A DNA stretch of 46,848 bases from Actinomycetes bacterium. GTDB lineage: Bacteria > Actinomycetota > CALGFH01. Location of the stretch: contig JBJMHP010000195.1 in assembly GCA_045807325.1 (NCBI GenBank), forward strand, positions 1 through 46,848, given 5' to 3'. Below are positions 17,810 to 26,560 of the stretch, in pieces. Each line of letters opens with the position of its first letter. The first letter of the stretch is position 1. The position numbers and the translations under genes were made by a program. The notes below the pieces were generated by a model. That model saw only the letters and a program-made list of their open reading frames with translations, did no database searches and was not told the origin of the DNA.

Positions 17810-18745
17810 TCAGCCGCCCTCGGCCGCCAGCTGGCGCCGGCCCCGCTGGATGAGGCCGACGAACTCCTCGTTGGCCGGGCCGCGGCGCCGCCACCGGGCC
17901 AGCACCTCGTCCCAGGTGACCGCCCCGCCCTCGACGTCCCAGCGCTTGGCGTCCTCGTCGAAGCGCATCGGGAACGGGCAGTCGACCACGTACTGGCCGG
18001 TGGCGGTGTCCAGGTGGGCCGGGACCTCGAACCCCAGCCCCTCACACAGCGGCACCGTGGCCGACATCCAGGCCTGGCGCAGCTGGTCGTTGGTCAGGCC
18101 CTTGAGCTGGTAGCCGACCTGCTCCTTGTGCTGCTTGAGGTCGTCGGGCAGCCCGAACCACTCCAGGGTGAGCACGAACATCCAGTCGATCGCCCGCTGC
18201 ACCGCCGCCTTCTTGTCCGGGTCGTCGGACAGGATCTTCATCCACCGCTCGCCGTGGCGCAGGTGGAAGGTCTCCTCCCGGTCGACCTTGACCAGGGCCC
18301 GCTTCCACGGTCCGTAGCTGGTGTGCTGGTAGATGTCGCTGAGCAGCACGAACCCGGCCCGGTCGTAGAAGGCGTTGGCGATCACCAGCTCCTCCCACCG
18401 GTCCAGGGGCACGTCGAAGGCGTACGGGTACTTGAACGCCTTGGGCTCCCGCTCGTAGATCAGCTGGTCGGTGTCCACCCCAAGGTCCCGCAGCATCCGG
18501 TACCCGATGTGGGCGTGGCCCAGCTCGTCCTGCACGATGCTGGTCGCCGACATGTAGGAGTTGATCGAGGGCGCGTCCCTGGCCGCCCGCAGGTACGCCG
18601 GCGCACTGATCAGCTCGGTGTCCGCCGACACGATCAGCGTCCGCTTGAGCCCCTCGACATAGGCCTCGGTGGCGGTGTCCGGCCCCTCGATCAACCTGCC
18701 GCTCCGCAGCCGCTCGAGCAGCTCCCCCTCCGACCTCAACGCCAT
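17810..18745 (-). CDS. PaaA-like diiron catalytic subunit of an aryl-CoA epoxidase
   Basis: Diiron ligands ADTE, QDELGH, YDRAG and REETFHLRHG. Also SYGPW and TNDQLRQAW. Confidence 0.85.
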   Translation of the reverse strand: MALRSEGELLERLRSGRLIEGPDTATEAYVEGLKRTLIVSADTELISAPAYLRAARDAPSINSYMSATSIVQDELGHAHIGYRMLRDLGVDTDQLIYEREPKAFKYPYAFDVPLDRWEELVIANAFYDRAGFVLLSDIYQHTSYGPWKRALVKVDREETFHLRHGERWMKILSDDPDKKAAVQRAIDWMFVLTLEWFGLPDDLKQHKEQVGYQLKGLTNDQLRQAWMSATVPLCEGLGFEVPAHLDTATGQYVVDCPFPMRFDEDAKRWDVEGGAVTWDEVLARWRRRGPANEEFVGLIQRGRRQLAAEGG

Positions 18746-18782
18746 GCCCGCTCCCTCCCGCGGGCCCCATGATCGCTTCGTC

Positions 18783-18796
18783 TGACCGGTCGGTCA
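18783..18796. promoter_or_regulatory. Putative TetR operator upstream of the epoxidase genes
   Basis: TGACCGGTCGGTCA near-palindrome, with a second copy at 25742-25755. Confidence 0.6.
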
Positions 18797-18877
18797 ACCG
18801 CCGGCTGGGAGCGGGAGCAGCCGTTCTGCGATCCACCCGGCGGCCTCGCCCCCGACCGCTTCCAGGTCATCGGTGGG

Positions 18878-19732
18878 CTACCCGAGGCCCCGGTAGACCC
18901 GCAGGGCGTTGCCGCCCAGCACCGCTCGGAGGGTGTCGTCGTCCAGGTCGAGTTTGGTGATGGCGCGGGCGTTGGTGGCGATGCCGGGGGCGCCGGGCCA
19001 GTCGCTGCCGAAGATGCATTTTCTGGCCAGGCGGTTGAGGTCGAAGCGGGAGAAGTAGGCGGGGAGGCGGGAGGGGGGGAGGCCGGAGAGGTCGATCCAG
19101 ACGTTGGGGCGGGCCAGGGCGAGGAAGGCGGCGGCGTCGTACCACCAGCCGCGGCCGCCGTGGGCCAGGACCACGGTGAGGTCTGGGACGTGCTGGATGA
19201 GCTCGTCGATGGGGGCGGGGTCGCCGAAGCGGTTGACGGCGCCGGGGAAGGTGCTGGTGCCGGTGTGGAACACCACCGGCACCCCCAGCTCGGCGCAGCG
19301 CTGGTAGACCAGGTAGAGGACGCCCTCGGTGGGTGAGAAGCCGCCGTGGACCGGGTGCAGCTTGACCGCGGCCGCGCCAAGGGCGAGCTGGCGGCCCAGC
19401 TCGTCGGTGATCGGGTGGTGCAGGTGGGGGTTGAGGCTGGCGATGGGCCGGAACCGGCGCGGGTTGTGCTCGACCAGGGGCAGGAGGTCCTCGACCGGCT
19501 GGATCCCGGTGACCCGGGGGCTGTACTCGCTCATCAGCAGGGCGACGTCGACGCCCTCGGCCTCCAGGTAGGCGTCGAAGCGGTCGGGACGCAGCGTGCC
19601 CGCCTCGTCGTACAGGTCGTCGAAGGGGATGCCGCGGCCGAACTCGAGCGCCCAGCGCTGCCAGTCGACCTTGAGGGTGGGCCGCCGGGCCGGGTGCAGG
19701 TGGACGTCGACCAGTGGGATGCCGTCGATCAT
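18878..19732 (-). CDS. Amidohydrolase_2 family metal-dependent hydrolase/decarboxylase
   Basis: DVHLH, KLHPVH, FHTG, AHGG and FGSDWP motifs. Start overlaps the ligase stop. Confidence 0.88.
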   Translation of the reverse strand: MIDGIPLVDVHLHPARRPTLKVDWQRWALEFGRGIPFDDLYDEAGTLRPDRFDAYLEAEGVDVALLMSEYSPRVTGIQPVEDLLPLVEHNPRRFRPIASLNPHLHHPITDELGRQLALGAAAVKLHPVHGGFSPTEGVLYLVYQRCAELGVPVVFHTGTSTFPGAVNRFGDPAPIDELIQHVPDLTVVLAHGGRGWWYDAAAFLALARPNVWIDLSGLPPSRLPAYFSRFDLNRLARKCIFGSDWPGAPGIATNARAITKLDLDDDTLRAVLGGNALRVYRGLG

Positions 19733-21315
19733 CCGGTCGTCCCCGCGGGCGGGACCGCGGCCGTGCCAGAGTCCCCCGCCGGGGTGCCGCGCAGCTTGAA
19801 GCGCTGGATCTTGCCGGTGGTGGTCTTGGGCAGCTCGTCGGTGTACTCGACGATGTGGGGGAACTCGTGGCGCTGGAGCCGCTGCTTGCACCAGGCCTGG
19901 AGCTCGGGGGTGAGCCGGCCGGCGTCGGCCTCGGGGGCGACGACCACCGCCTTGATGCGGGTCAGCCCGTCGACCCGGACCTGGACGACCGCGCACTCGT
20001 AGATGGCCGGGTGCTCGGCCAGGGCCTGCTCCATCTCCACCGGCGACACCCACAGGCCGGCGACCTTGAGCATGTCGTCGACCCGGCCCTGGTGCCACCA
20101 GAACCCGTCGGCGTCCTGGCGGTAGCGGTCGCCGGTCCAGGTCCAGTCCCCCAGCACCGTCTGCTTGGTCTTCTCGTGCTGGCGCCAGTAGCCGGCCAGG
20201 GCGCTGTCGCCGCGGACGTACAGGGTGCCGGTCTCGCCCTGGGGGACGGGCTCGCCCTCGTCGCCGAGCAGCTTGAGGTCGTAGCCGGGCACGGCCACCC
20301 CGCTGGACCCGGGCCGCAGCCGATCGGTGGTGTTGGAGCAGAAGATGTGCAGCATCTCGGTCGAGCCGATGCCGTCCAGGATGACCAGGCCGTAGGTGTC
20401 GTGCCAGCGCCGCCAGATCTCGGCCGGCAGCGACTCGGCGGCCGAGACGCACAGCCGCACCGACGACAGGTCCCGCCCCTTGGCCTCGGGCGTGGCCAGC
20501 ATGGCGTTGTAGAGGGTCGGGACCGAGAACAGCAGGGTCGGCCGGTGGCGCTCGACGGCGTCCAGGACCCGGTCGGGGGCGGGCCGGCCGTACAGCTGCA
20601 CCGAGGTCGCCCCGATCCAGAACGGGAACGACAGGCTGTTGCCGAGGCCGTAGGCGTGGAACAGCTTGGTGGTCGACAGGCACAGGTCGTCGGTGCCGAT
20701 GCCGAGCACCTGGCTGGCGTAGGTCCGGCAGGTCCAGGGCAGGTCGTGCTGGAGGTGGACGACCCCCTTGGGCCGCCCGGTGGAGCCGGAGCTGTACAGC
20801 CAGAAGGCGGCGTCGTCGCGGTGGGTCGGGGCCGGGGCCAGCTCGCCGGCGTGCTCGGCCAGCAGGTCCTCCAGGGCGTGCGCGTCCTCGCCCTGGCCGC
20901 CGGCCACCAGCAGCTGGACCGGCTGGTCGCGGCCGGCCAGGGCCTCGCGGACCTTGGGGAGCAGGTCCAGGTCGGCCACCACCGCCCTGGCCTCGCTGTC
21001 GGCGAGCAGGTAGCGGTAGTCGTCGGGCTTGAACAGCGGGTTGAGCGGGACCGGGACCATCCCGGCCCGGATGGCACCAAGGAACACCGCCGGGAAGGCC
21101 GGGGTGTCGTCCATGACCATCAGCACCCGCTGCTCGCGCTGGACGCCGAGCGCGCCCAGGGCCCGCCCGGCAGCGCAGGCCATGGCCAGCAGCCGCTCGT
21201 AGCTGACCTCGCCGTACTCGCCGACGATGGCCGCCTTGGCCCCGCGCCCGGCCTCGAGGTTGGCGTCCAGCAGGGTGCTGACGTTGTAGCGCTCAGGTAG
21301 CTCGGACGATGTCAT
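19729..21315 (-). CDS. Benzoate-CoA ligase family aryl-CoA ligase
   Basis: AFWLYSSGSTGRPKGVVH, KLFHAYGLGNSL, DGIGSTEMLHIF and TTTGKIQRFKLR, typical of BadA/BclA-type enzymes rather than PaaK. Confidence 0.9.
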   Translation of the reverse strand: MTSSELPERYNVSTLLDANLEAGRGAKAAIVGEYGEVSYERLLAMACAAGRALGALGVQREQRVLMVMDDTPAFPAVFLGAIRAGMVPVPLNPLFKPDDYRYLLADSEARAVVADLDLLPKVREALAGRDQPVQLLVAGGQGEDAHALEDLLAEHAGELAPAPTHRDDAAFWLYSSGSTGRPKGVVHLQHDLPWTCRTYASQVLGIGTDDLCLSTTKLFHAYGLGNSLSFPFWIGATSVQLYGRPAPDRVLDAVERHRPTLLFSVPTLYNAMLATPEAKGRDLSSVRLCVSAAESLPAEIWRRWHDTYGLVILDGIGSTEMLHIFCSNTTDRLRPGSSGVAVPGYDLKLLGDEGEPVPQGETGTLYVRGDSALAGYWRQHEKTKQTVLGDWTWTGDRYRQDADGFWWHQGRVDDMLKVAGLWVSPVEMEQALAEHPAIYECAVVQVRVDGLTRIKAVVVAPEADAGRLTPELQAWCKQRLQRHEFPHIVEYTDELPKTTTGKIQRFKLRGTPAGDSGTAAVPPAGTTG

Positions 21316-21341
21316 CTGGGCCTCACTCCCCCGCCGTCCCT

Positions 21342-21416
21342 CCGGGGCACCCCCTGGGGTTCCCGGATCCCTCCCGATGCACCGGGGCACCCCCCTGGGG
21401 TTCCCCGGACCCCTCC
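21342..21416 (+). repeat. Tandem pair of the short palindromic dispersed element (intergenic)
   Basis: CCGGGGCACCCCC(C)TGGGGTTCCC(C)GGA(T/C)CCCTCC twice. The junction CCCTCCCGATGCACCGGGG matches the metG insert CCCCCCCGATCCACCGGGA. Confidence 0.7.
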
Positions 21417-21422
21417 GGCGCC

Positions 21423-22856
21423 TCAGTGCCGGACGACCACCGACTTGGTCTCCTGGTAGTAGTCGAGCGCCTCGATGCCGTGCTCCTTGCCGTAGCCGCT
21501 CTGCTTGAGCCCGCCGAACGGCAGCTCGTCGTAGACCTTGTTGATCGAGTTGACCCAGGTGTAGCCGGCCTCCAGCCGCTCCGCGGCCAGGTTGGCCCGG
21601 TGCAGGTCGCGGGTCCAGATGGCCGAGCCGAGCCCGAACGGCGAGTCGTTGGCCCGCTCGATCGCCTCGTCCAGGCCGCCGACCCGCCAGATTGGCAGGA
21701 CCGGGCCGAAGGTCTCCTCGACCGCCACCCGGGCGTCGGCCGGCGGCTCCAGCAGCAGGGTCGGGGCGTAGAAGAAGCCGCGGTCGTAGACCTCGCCCTG
21801 CGGGCGGGTGGCGCCACAGAGGACCTTGGCCCCGCGGTCGACGGCGTCGGCCACCTGCTCCTCGATCAGGGCCCGCTGACGGGCCGAGTGCAGCGGCCCC
21901 ATCAGCACCCGCTCGGCCGTGCCAGGCCCGACCCGGAGCTTGGCCGCCTTGGCGACCAGCCGCTCGACGACCTCGTCGGCGACCGTGTCGAACACGAACA
22001 GCCGCTTGGTGGCCAGGCAGGCCTGGCCACAGTTGAAGAACCGGCCGACGCTGGCCGCGCTGACGGCCCGGTCCAGGTCGGCGTCGTCGCAGATGATCAT
22101 CGGGTCGGAGCCGCCCAGCTCCAGGGTGACCCGCTTGAGGTGCTCGGCGGCGGCGGCCATGGTGCGCCGCCCCACCGGGGTGGAGCCGGTGAAGGCGACC
22201 TTGCGGACCCGTGGGTGGCGGACCAGGGCGTCGCCGGCGACCGGCCCGGTGCCGGTGACGACGTTGAAGGTGCCGGCCGGCAGGCCGCCCTCACAGAGCA
22301 GCTCGGCCAGGCGCAGGGTGGTCAGCGGGGTCGTCTCGGCCGGCTTGGCCACCACCGTGTTGCCGGCCACCAGGGCCGGGCCGAGCTTGTTGGCCAGCAG
22401 GGTGGTCGGGAAGTTCCAGGGCACGATCGCCCCCACCACCCCGAGGGGGCGGCGCAGCACCACCCCGTAGGCCCCCTCGTCCAGGTTGGGCACGTACCCG
22501 CCGCGGAGGCTCTTGGCCAGGCCGGCGTAGTGCTCCAGGGTCTCCAGGCAGCGGTCGATCTCCAGCCCGGCCTCCCGCAGGGGCTTGCCCTGCTCGCGGG
22601 TGAGGGAGGCGGCCAGCTCCCCGGCCCGGCCGCGGGCATGCTCGGCGGACCGGCCGAGGAGCTCGCCGCGGCGGGCGGCCGGGGTCGCCCACCAGCCCTC
22701 GAAGGCGGCCTGGGCGGCGGCCACGGCCGCGTCCACATCGGCCGGGGTCCCGGCCGGGACCTCCTCGAAGGCCTCCCCGACGGCCGGGTCCAGCACCTGG
22801 AGCCGGTCGCCGCCCGTCCCCTCATACGGGCCGCCGTCGACAAACATCGTCCTCAC
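21423..22856 (-). CDS. NAD(P)-dependent aldehyde dehydrogenase
   Basis: PWNFP, KPAETTP, FTGS, LELGG, NCGQAC, EETFGP and PFGG motifs. Confidence 0.93.
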   Translation of the reverse strand: MRTMFVDGGPYEGTGGDRLQVLDPAVGEAFEEVPAGTPADVDAAVAAAQAAFEGWWATPAARRGELLGRSAEHARGRAGELAASLTREQGKPLREAGLEIDRCLETLEHYAGLAKSLRGGYVPNLDEGAYGVVLRRPLGVVGAIVPWNFPTTLLANKLGPALVAGNTVVAKPAETTPLTTLRLAELLCEGGLPAGTFNVVTGTGPVAGDALVRHPRVRKVAFTGSTPVGRRTMAAAAEHLKRVTLELGGSDPMIICDDADLDRAVSAASVGRFFNCGQACLATKRLFVFDTVADEVVERLVAKAAKLRVGPGTAERVLMGPLHSARQRALIEEQVADAVDRGAKVLCGATRPQGEVYDRGFFYAPTLLLEPPADARVAVEETFGPVLPIWRVGGLDEAIERANDSPFGLGSAIWTRDLHRANLAAERLEAGYTWVNSINKVYDELPFGGLKQSGYGKEHGIEALDYYQETKSVVVRH

Positions 22857-23467
22857 GGCTCGGCGCCCAGCAGGAGCGGCAGGTTCCGGTGGCAGAGGGC
22901 CTTGTACTCGGCGTGGGAGGTCCTCCAGTCCTCGCGCTGCAGCCAGACGAGGAAGGTGCCCTCGATCAGGGCCCGCATCGCCGCCGCAGCCGCCACCGGG
23001 TCCTCGACCCGGAGCCCGCCCGAGGCCACGCCGTCGCGGATGACCTCCTCGTACAGGCCGTTGATGATCTCGTGGGCCATGCCCGGCAGCTGCCCGAAGG
23101 ACGGGACCCGGGCCGCGTGCTCGATCAGGTCCAGGTACAGCAGGTAGAACTCGCGGTTCTGCTCGGGGCCGACGAAGACGGCGTCGACCAGGGCGGCGAT
23201 GGCCTGGCCGGGGTCGGCGGCGCCGGCGATGCGCCGGCGGATGCGGGCCTCGGTCCGCTCGAGGGCCCAGCGCATGGTGACCAGGAACAGGTGCTCCTTG
23301 CTCTTGAAGTAGTACAGGACCATGCCCTTGCTGACCCCGGCCTCGTCGGCCACGTCCTGGAGCGACAGGCGGTGGCTGCCCTGGCGGGTGATGACCTGGT
23401 AGGCGCTGCGGACCAGGGCGTAGGCGCGGGGCGACAGCGTCTCGTCGCCGACCTGGCGGGTGGCCAC
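22853..23467 (-). CDS. TetR-family regulator (BetI-type C-terminus)
   Basis: LSLQDVADEAGVSKGMVLYYFKSKEHL HTH. Start approximate. Confidence 0.9.
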   Translation of the reverse strand: MATRQVGDETLSPRAYALVRSAYQVITRQGSHRLSLQDVADEAGVSKGMVLYYFKSKEHLFLVTMRWALERTEARIRRRIAGAADPGQAIAALVDAVFVGPEQNREFYLLYLDLIEHAARVPSFGQLPGMAHEIINGLYEEVIRDGVASGGLRVEDPVAAAAAMRALIEGTFLVWLQREDWRTSHAEYKALCHRNLPLLLGAEP

Positions 23468-23468
23468 C

Positions 23469-24239
23469 TCAGCGCCCACTGAACTTGGGTGGGCGCTTCT
23501 CGGTGAAGGCGGTCATGCCCTCCCGGGCGTCCTCGGAGGCGAACAGGGCGGCCAGCTCCTCCAGCTCGCGGTCGAGGGCGTCGGGCAGGGGCCGGTCCAG
23601 GCCGTCGTTGACCACCCGGGTGATGGCGGCCACGGCCAGCGGGGCGCCGCCGGCCAGGCTGGCGGCCAGGTCGGCCACGGCCTGGTCGAACCCGCCGGCC
23701 GGGACCAGCCGGTCGACCATGCCCAGGCGCTCGGCCTCGGCCGGGGTGACGGTGCGGCCGGTGGTCATCAGCTCCAGGGCCCGGCCGCGGCCGATCAGGC
23801 GGGGCAGCCGCTGGGTGCCGCCGGTACCCGGGAGCAGGCCAAGGGTGGCCTCGGGCAGCCCGATCCGGTAGCGGCCCTCGGCGGCCACGCGGATGTCGCA
23901 GGCCAGGGCGATCTCGTAGCCGCCGCCGAGGGCGTGGCCGGCGATGGCGGCGACGAACAGGGGCGCCTCGGCCGCGAAGCGGTCCAGGACCCGGTGGGCG
24001 CGGCGGCACATGACCATGTTGTCGTCGGCCGACCGCTCCAGGAACGCCTTGACGTCGGCCCCGGCCGAGAAGAACCTCTCGCTGGCCGACCGGACCACCG
24101 CCACCGCCACCTCGGCCTCGGCGACCTGGCCGATGGCCTGGTCCAGTTCCTCCAGGAAGCCGGCGTCGTAGCTGTTGGCCGGCGGCCGGTCCAGCGTGAT
24201 CCAGCCGACCCGGTCCCTGACCTCGGCGGTCACCGCCAT
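23469..24239 (-). CDS. Enoyl-CoA hydratase/isomerase (crotonase family)
   Basis: FFSAGAD, GHALGGGYEIALACD and GLPEATLGLLPGTGG (both catalytic Glu present). Confidence 0.93.
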   Translation of the reverse strand: MAVTAEVRDRVGWITLDRPPANSYDAGFLEELDQAIGQVAEAEVAVAVVRSASERFFSAGADVKAFLERSADDNMVMCRRAHRVLDRFAAEAPLFVAAIAGHALGGGYEIALACDIRVAAEGRYRIGLPEATLGLLPGTGGTQRLPRLIGRGRALELMTTGRTVTPAEAERLGMVDRLVPAGGFDQAVADLAASLAGGAPLAVAAITRVVNDGLDRPLPDALDRELEELAALFASEDAREGMTAFTEKRPPKFSGR

Positions 24240-24249
24240 GGAATCCCCC

Positions 24250-25692
24250 TCACTGGGACAGGCCGCCGACGACGACCGACTTCGCCTCGGTGTACTCGGC
24301 CAGCGCCTCCAGCCCGTGCTCGCGGCCCAGGCCGCTCTGCCTGGTGCCGCCGAAGGGCAGCTCGTCGTAGCCGTAGTGGAGCTGGTTGACCCAGGTGACG
24401 CCGGCCTCCAGCTCGCGGGTGGCCCGGTCGATGGCCACGGCGTCGCGGGTCCAGATCGAGGAGCCGAGCCCGTAGGCGGTGTCGTTGGCCCGCGCGATGG
24501 CCTCGTCCAGGTCGTCGACCCGCCACACGGGCAGGACGGGCCCGAACACCTCCTCGGTGGCCAGGCGCGAGTCGGGCGGGGCGTCGACCACCACCGCCGG
24601 GGAGAAGAAGTGGCCCGGCCCGTCGGCCGCCTCGCCGCCGACCACGACCTTGGCCCCCCGGTCGACCGCGTCGGCGAGCTGGGCGACCAGCAGGTCGCGC
24701 TGGGCGGCGGTGTGCAGCGGCCCGATCCGCAGCCTCGGCTTCTCGGCCTTGGTGGAACCGGGGCCGGGCTCGTAGCGCCCGACCCGTCCGGCCAGCTGCT
24801 CGACGAAGGCGTCGTAGACCTCGGCCTGGACGAAGGCCCGCTTGGGGGCCAGGCAGGCCTGGCCGCAGTTCCAGTAGCGGCCGATCTGGACGTTCTTGAC
24901 GGCCGCGTCCAGGTCGGCGTCGGCCAGGACGATGGTCGGGTCGGAGCCGCCCAGCTCCAGGCTGACGTGCTTGAGGGCGGGGCCGGCGACCTCCATGATC
25001 CGGCGTCCGGTGGCCGTCTGGCCGGTGAAGGCGACCCGGCGCACCCCCGGGTGGGCGGCCAGCGCCTCCCCGGTCGCCGGCCCGCCGATGACCACGTTGA
25101 GGACCCCCGGGGGCAGGCCGGCCTCGGCGGCCAGCCGGGCCACGGCCAGGGTGGTGAGCGGGGTGGTCTCGGCCGGCTTGGCGACCACGGTGTTGCCGGC
25201 GGCCAGGGCCGGCCCGAGCTTGTTGCCGAGCAGGGTCAGGGGGAAGTTCCAGGGGGTGATGGCGCCGACCACCCCGAGGGGACGGCGCACCACCAGCCCG
25301 TAGGCCGGGCCGAACTGGCCGGGCAGCTCCTGGTAGGTGCCGCGGACCTTGGTGGCCGCCTCGGCGTAGTAGCGCAGCCCGCCCAGGAAGTGCCGAAGCT
25401 CCCCCTGGGCCTCCAGGGTCGGCTTGCCCTGCTCGCGGGTGAGCAGCCCGACCAGGTCGCCGGCGGCCCCCTCGACGGCGTCGGCCAGCGCCCGCAGGTG
25501 CCCGGCCCGGTCAGCCACGTCGACCCGCCGCCAGGAGGTGAACGCCTCGGCCGCGGCGGCCACGGCGGCGTCGACGTCCTCGGTGGTCGCCTCGGATACC
25601 TCGTCGACGGCCTCCCCTGAGGCCGGGTCGGTCACGGTCCGCCGCCCGCCGGACCCGGCCGTGGCCGTCCCGTCTATCCACAGATCGGCCAC
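24250..25692 (-). CDS. NAD(P)-dependent aldehyde dehydrogenase (paralog of 21423-22856)
   Basis: PWNFP, FTGQT, LELGGSDP, WNCGQAC, EEVFGP and YDELPFGG motifs. Confidence 0.93.
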   Translation of the reverse strand: MADLWIDGTATAGSGGRRTVTDPASGEAVDEVSEATTEDVDAAVAAAAEAFTSWRRVDVADRAGHLRALADAVEGAAGDLVGLLTREQGKPTLEAQGELRHFLGGLRYYAEAATKVRGTYQELPGQFGPAYGLVVRRPLGVVGAITPWNFPLTLLGNKLGPALAAGNTVVAKPAETTPLTTLAVARLAAEAGLPPGVLNVVIGGPATGEALAAHPGVRRVAFTGQTATGRRIMEVAGPALKHVSLELGGSDPTIVLADADLDAAVKNVQIGRYWNCGQACLAPKRAFVQAEVYDAFVEQLAGRVGRYEPGPGSTKAEKPRLRIGPLHTAAQRDLLVAQLADAVDRGAKVVVGGEAADGPGHFFSPAVVVDAPPDSRLATEEVFGPVLPVWRVDDLDEAIARANDTAYGLGSSIWTRDAVAIDRATRELEAGVTWVNQLHYGYDELPFGGTRQSGLGREHGLEALAEYTEAKSVVVGGLSQ

Positions 25693-25741
25693 GATGGTCC
25701 TCCCGCCGCTCGGCGATGCGGACGATATCGTGCCACCTGAC

Positions 25742-25755
25742 TGACCGGTTGGTCG
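25742..25755. promoter_or_regulatory. Putative TetR operator at the head of the catabolic operon
   Basis: TGACCGGTTGGTCG, 12/14 identical to 18783-18796. Confidence 0.55.
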
Positions 25756-25767
25756 ACCCGGTGGCCG

Positions 25768-26532
25768 CTACCTGGGGGCCATGCGGATGGCGCCGTCGAG
25801 GCGGATGGTCTCGCCGTTGAGCATGCGGTTCTCGACGATGTGGCGGACCAGGGCGGCGTACTCGGTGGGGTGGCCGAGGCGGGAGGGGAACGGGACCTGG
25901 GCGCCGAGGGAGGCGCGGACCTGGTCCGACATGGCGGCCAGCATGGGGGTGTCGAAGATGCCGGGGGCGATGGCCAGCACCCGGATGCCGTGGCGGGCCA
26001 GCTCGCGGGCGACGGGCAGGGTCATGCCGACCACCCCGGCCTTGGAGGCGGAGTAGGCGGCCTGGCCGATCTGGCCGTCGAAGGCGGCCACCGAGGCGGT
26101 GTTGACGATCACGCCCCGCTCGCCGTCCTCACCCGGCTCGTTGGCGGCCATGGCCTGGGCGGCCAGCCGGGTCACGTTGAAGGTGCCGACCAGGTTGACC
26201 TGGATGGCGGCCATGAACCGGGCCAGCGAGTGCGGGCCGTCGCGGCCCAGGACCCGCTCGGCCGGGGCGATCCCGGCGCAGCTGACGGCAACGTGCGGCC
26301 CGCCCAGCTCGAGCGTGAGGGCCACGGCGGCGCCCACGCTGGCCTCGTCGGTGACGTCGGTGGGCACGAACCGGGCCCGCTCCCCCAGCTCGGCCGCGAC
26401 CCGCTCGCCGCGCTCGGTGTCCACGTCGGCCACCACCACCGACCCGCCGTGCTCGACCACCATCCGGGCGGTGGCCGCCCCCAGCCCCGACCCGCCCCCG
26501 GTGACCAGCACCGTCCTTCCCGCGATCTCCAC
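25768..26532 (-). CDS. 3-hydroxyacyl-CoA dehydrogenase type II (SDR, HSD17B10-like)
   Basis: [29 protein letters not shown] and [17 protein letters not shown] start after GGAGGAGG. Confidence 0.92.
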   Translation of the reverse strand: MEIAGRTVLVTGGGSGLGAATARMVVEHGGSVVVADVDTERGERVAAELGERARFVPTDVTDEASVGAAVALTLELGGPHVAVSCAGIAPAERVLGRDGPHSLARFMAAIQVNLVGTFNVTRLAAQAMAANEPGEDGERGVIVNTASVAAFDGQIGQAAYSASKAGVVGMTLPVARELARHGIRVLAIAPGIFDTPMLAAMSDQVRASLGAQVPFPSRLGHPTEYAALVRHIVENRMLNGETIRLDGAIRMAPR

Positions 26533-26560
26533 CCCGCCCTCCTCCGGTCGGCCCGGCGGC

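Noticed and set aside
16207-18745. Assigning standard paaABCD gene symbols / phenylacetate pathway
   Set aside because: The subunits are divergent, paaE, paaK, paaZ and paaJ are absent from the window, and the ligase is benzoate-CoA type.
21342-21416. Possible mini CRISPR array
   Set aside because: Only two imperfect units with a 7-nt gap and no cas operon. They match the dispersed palindromic family.
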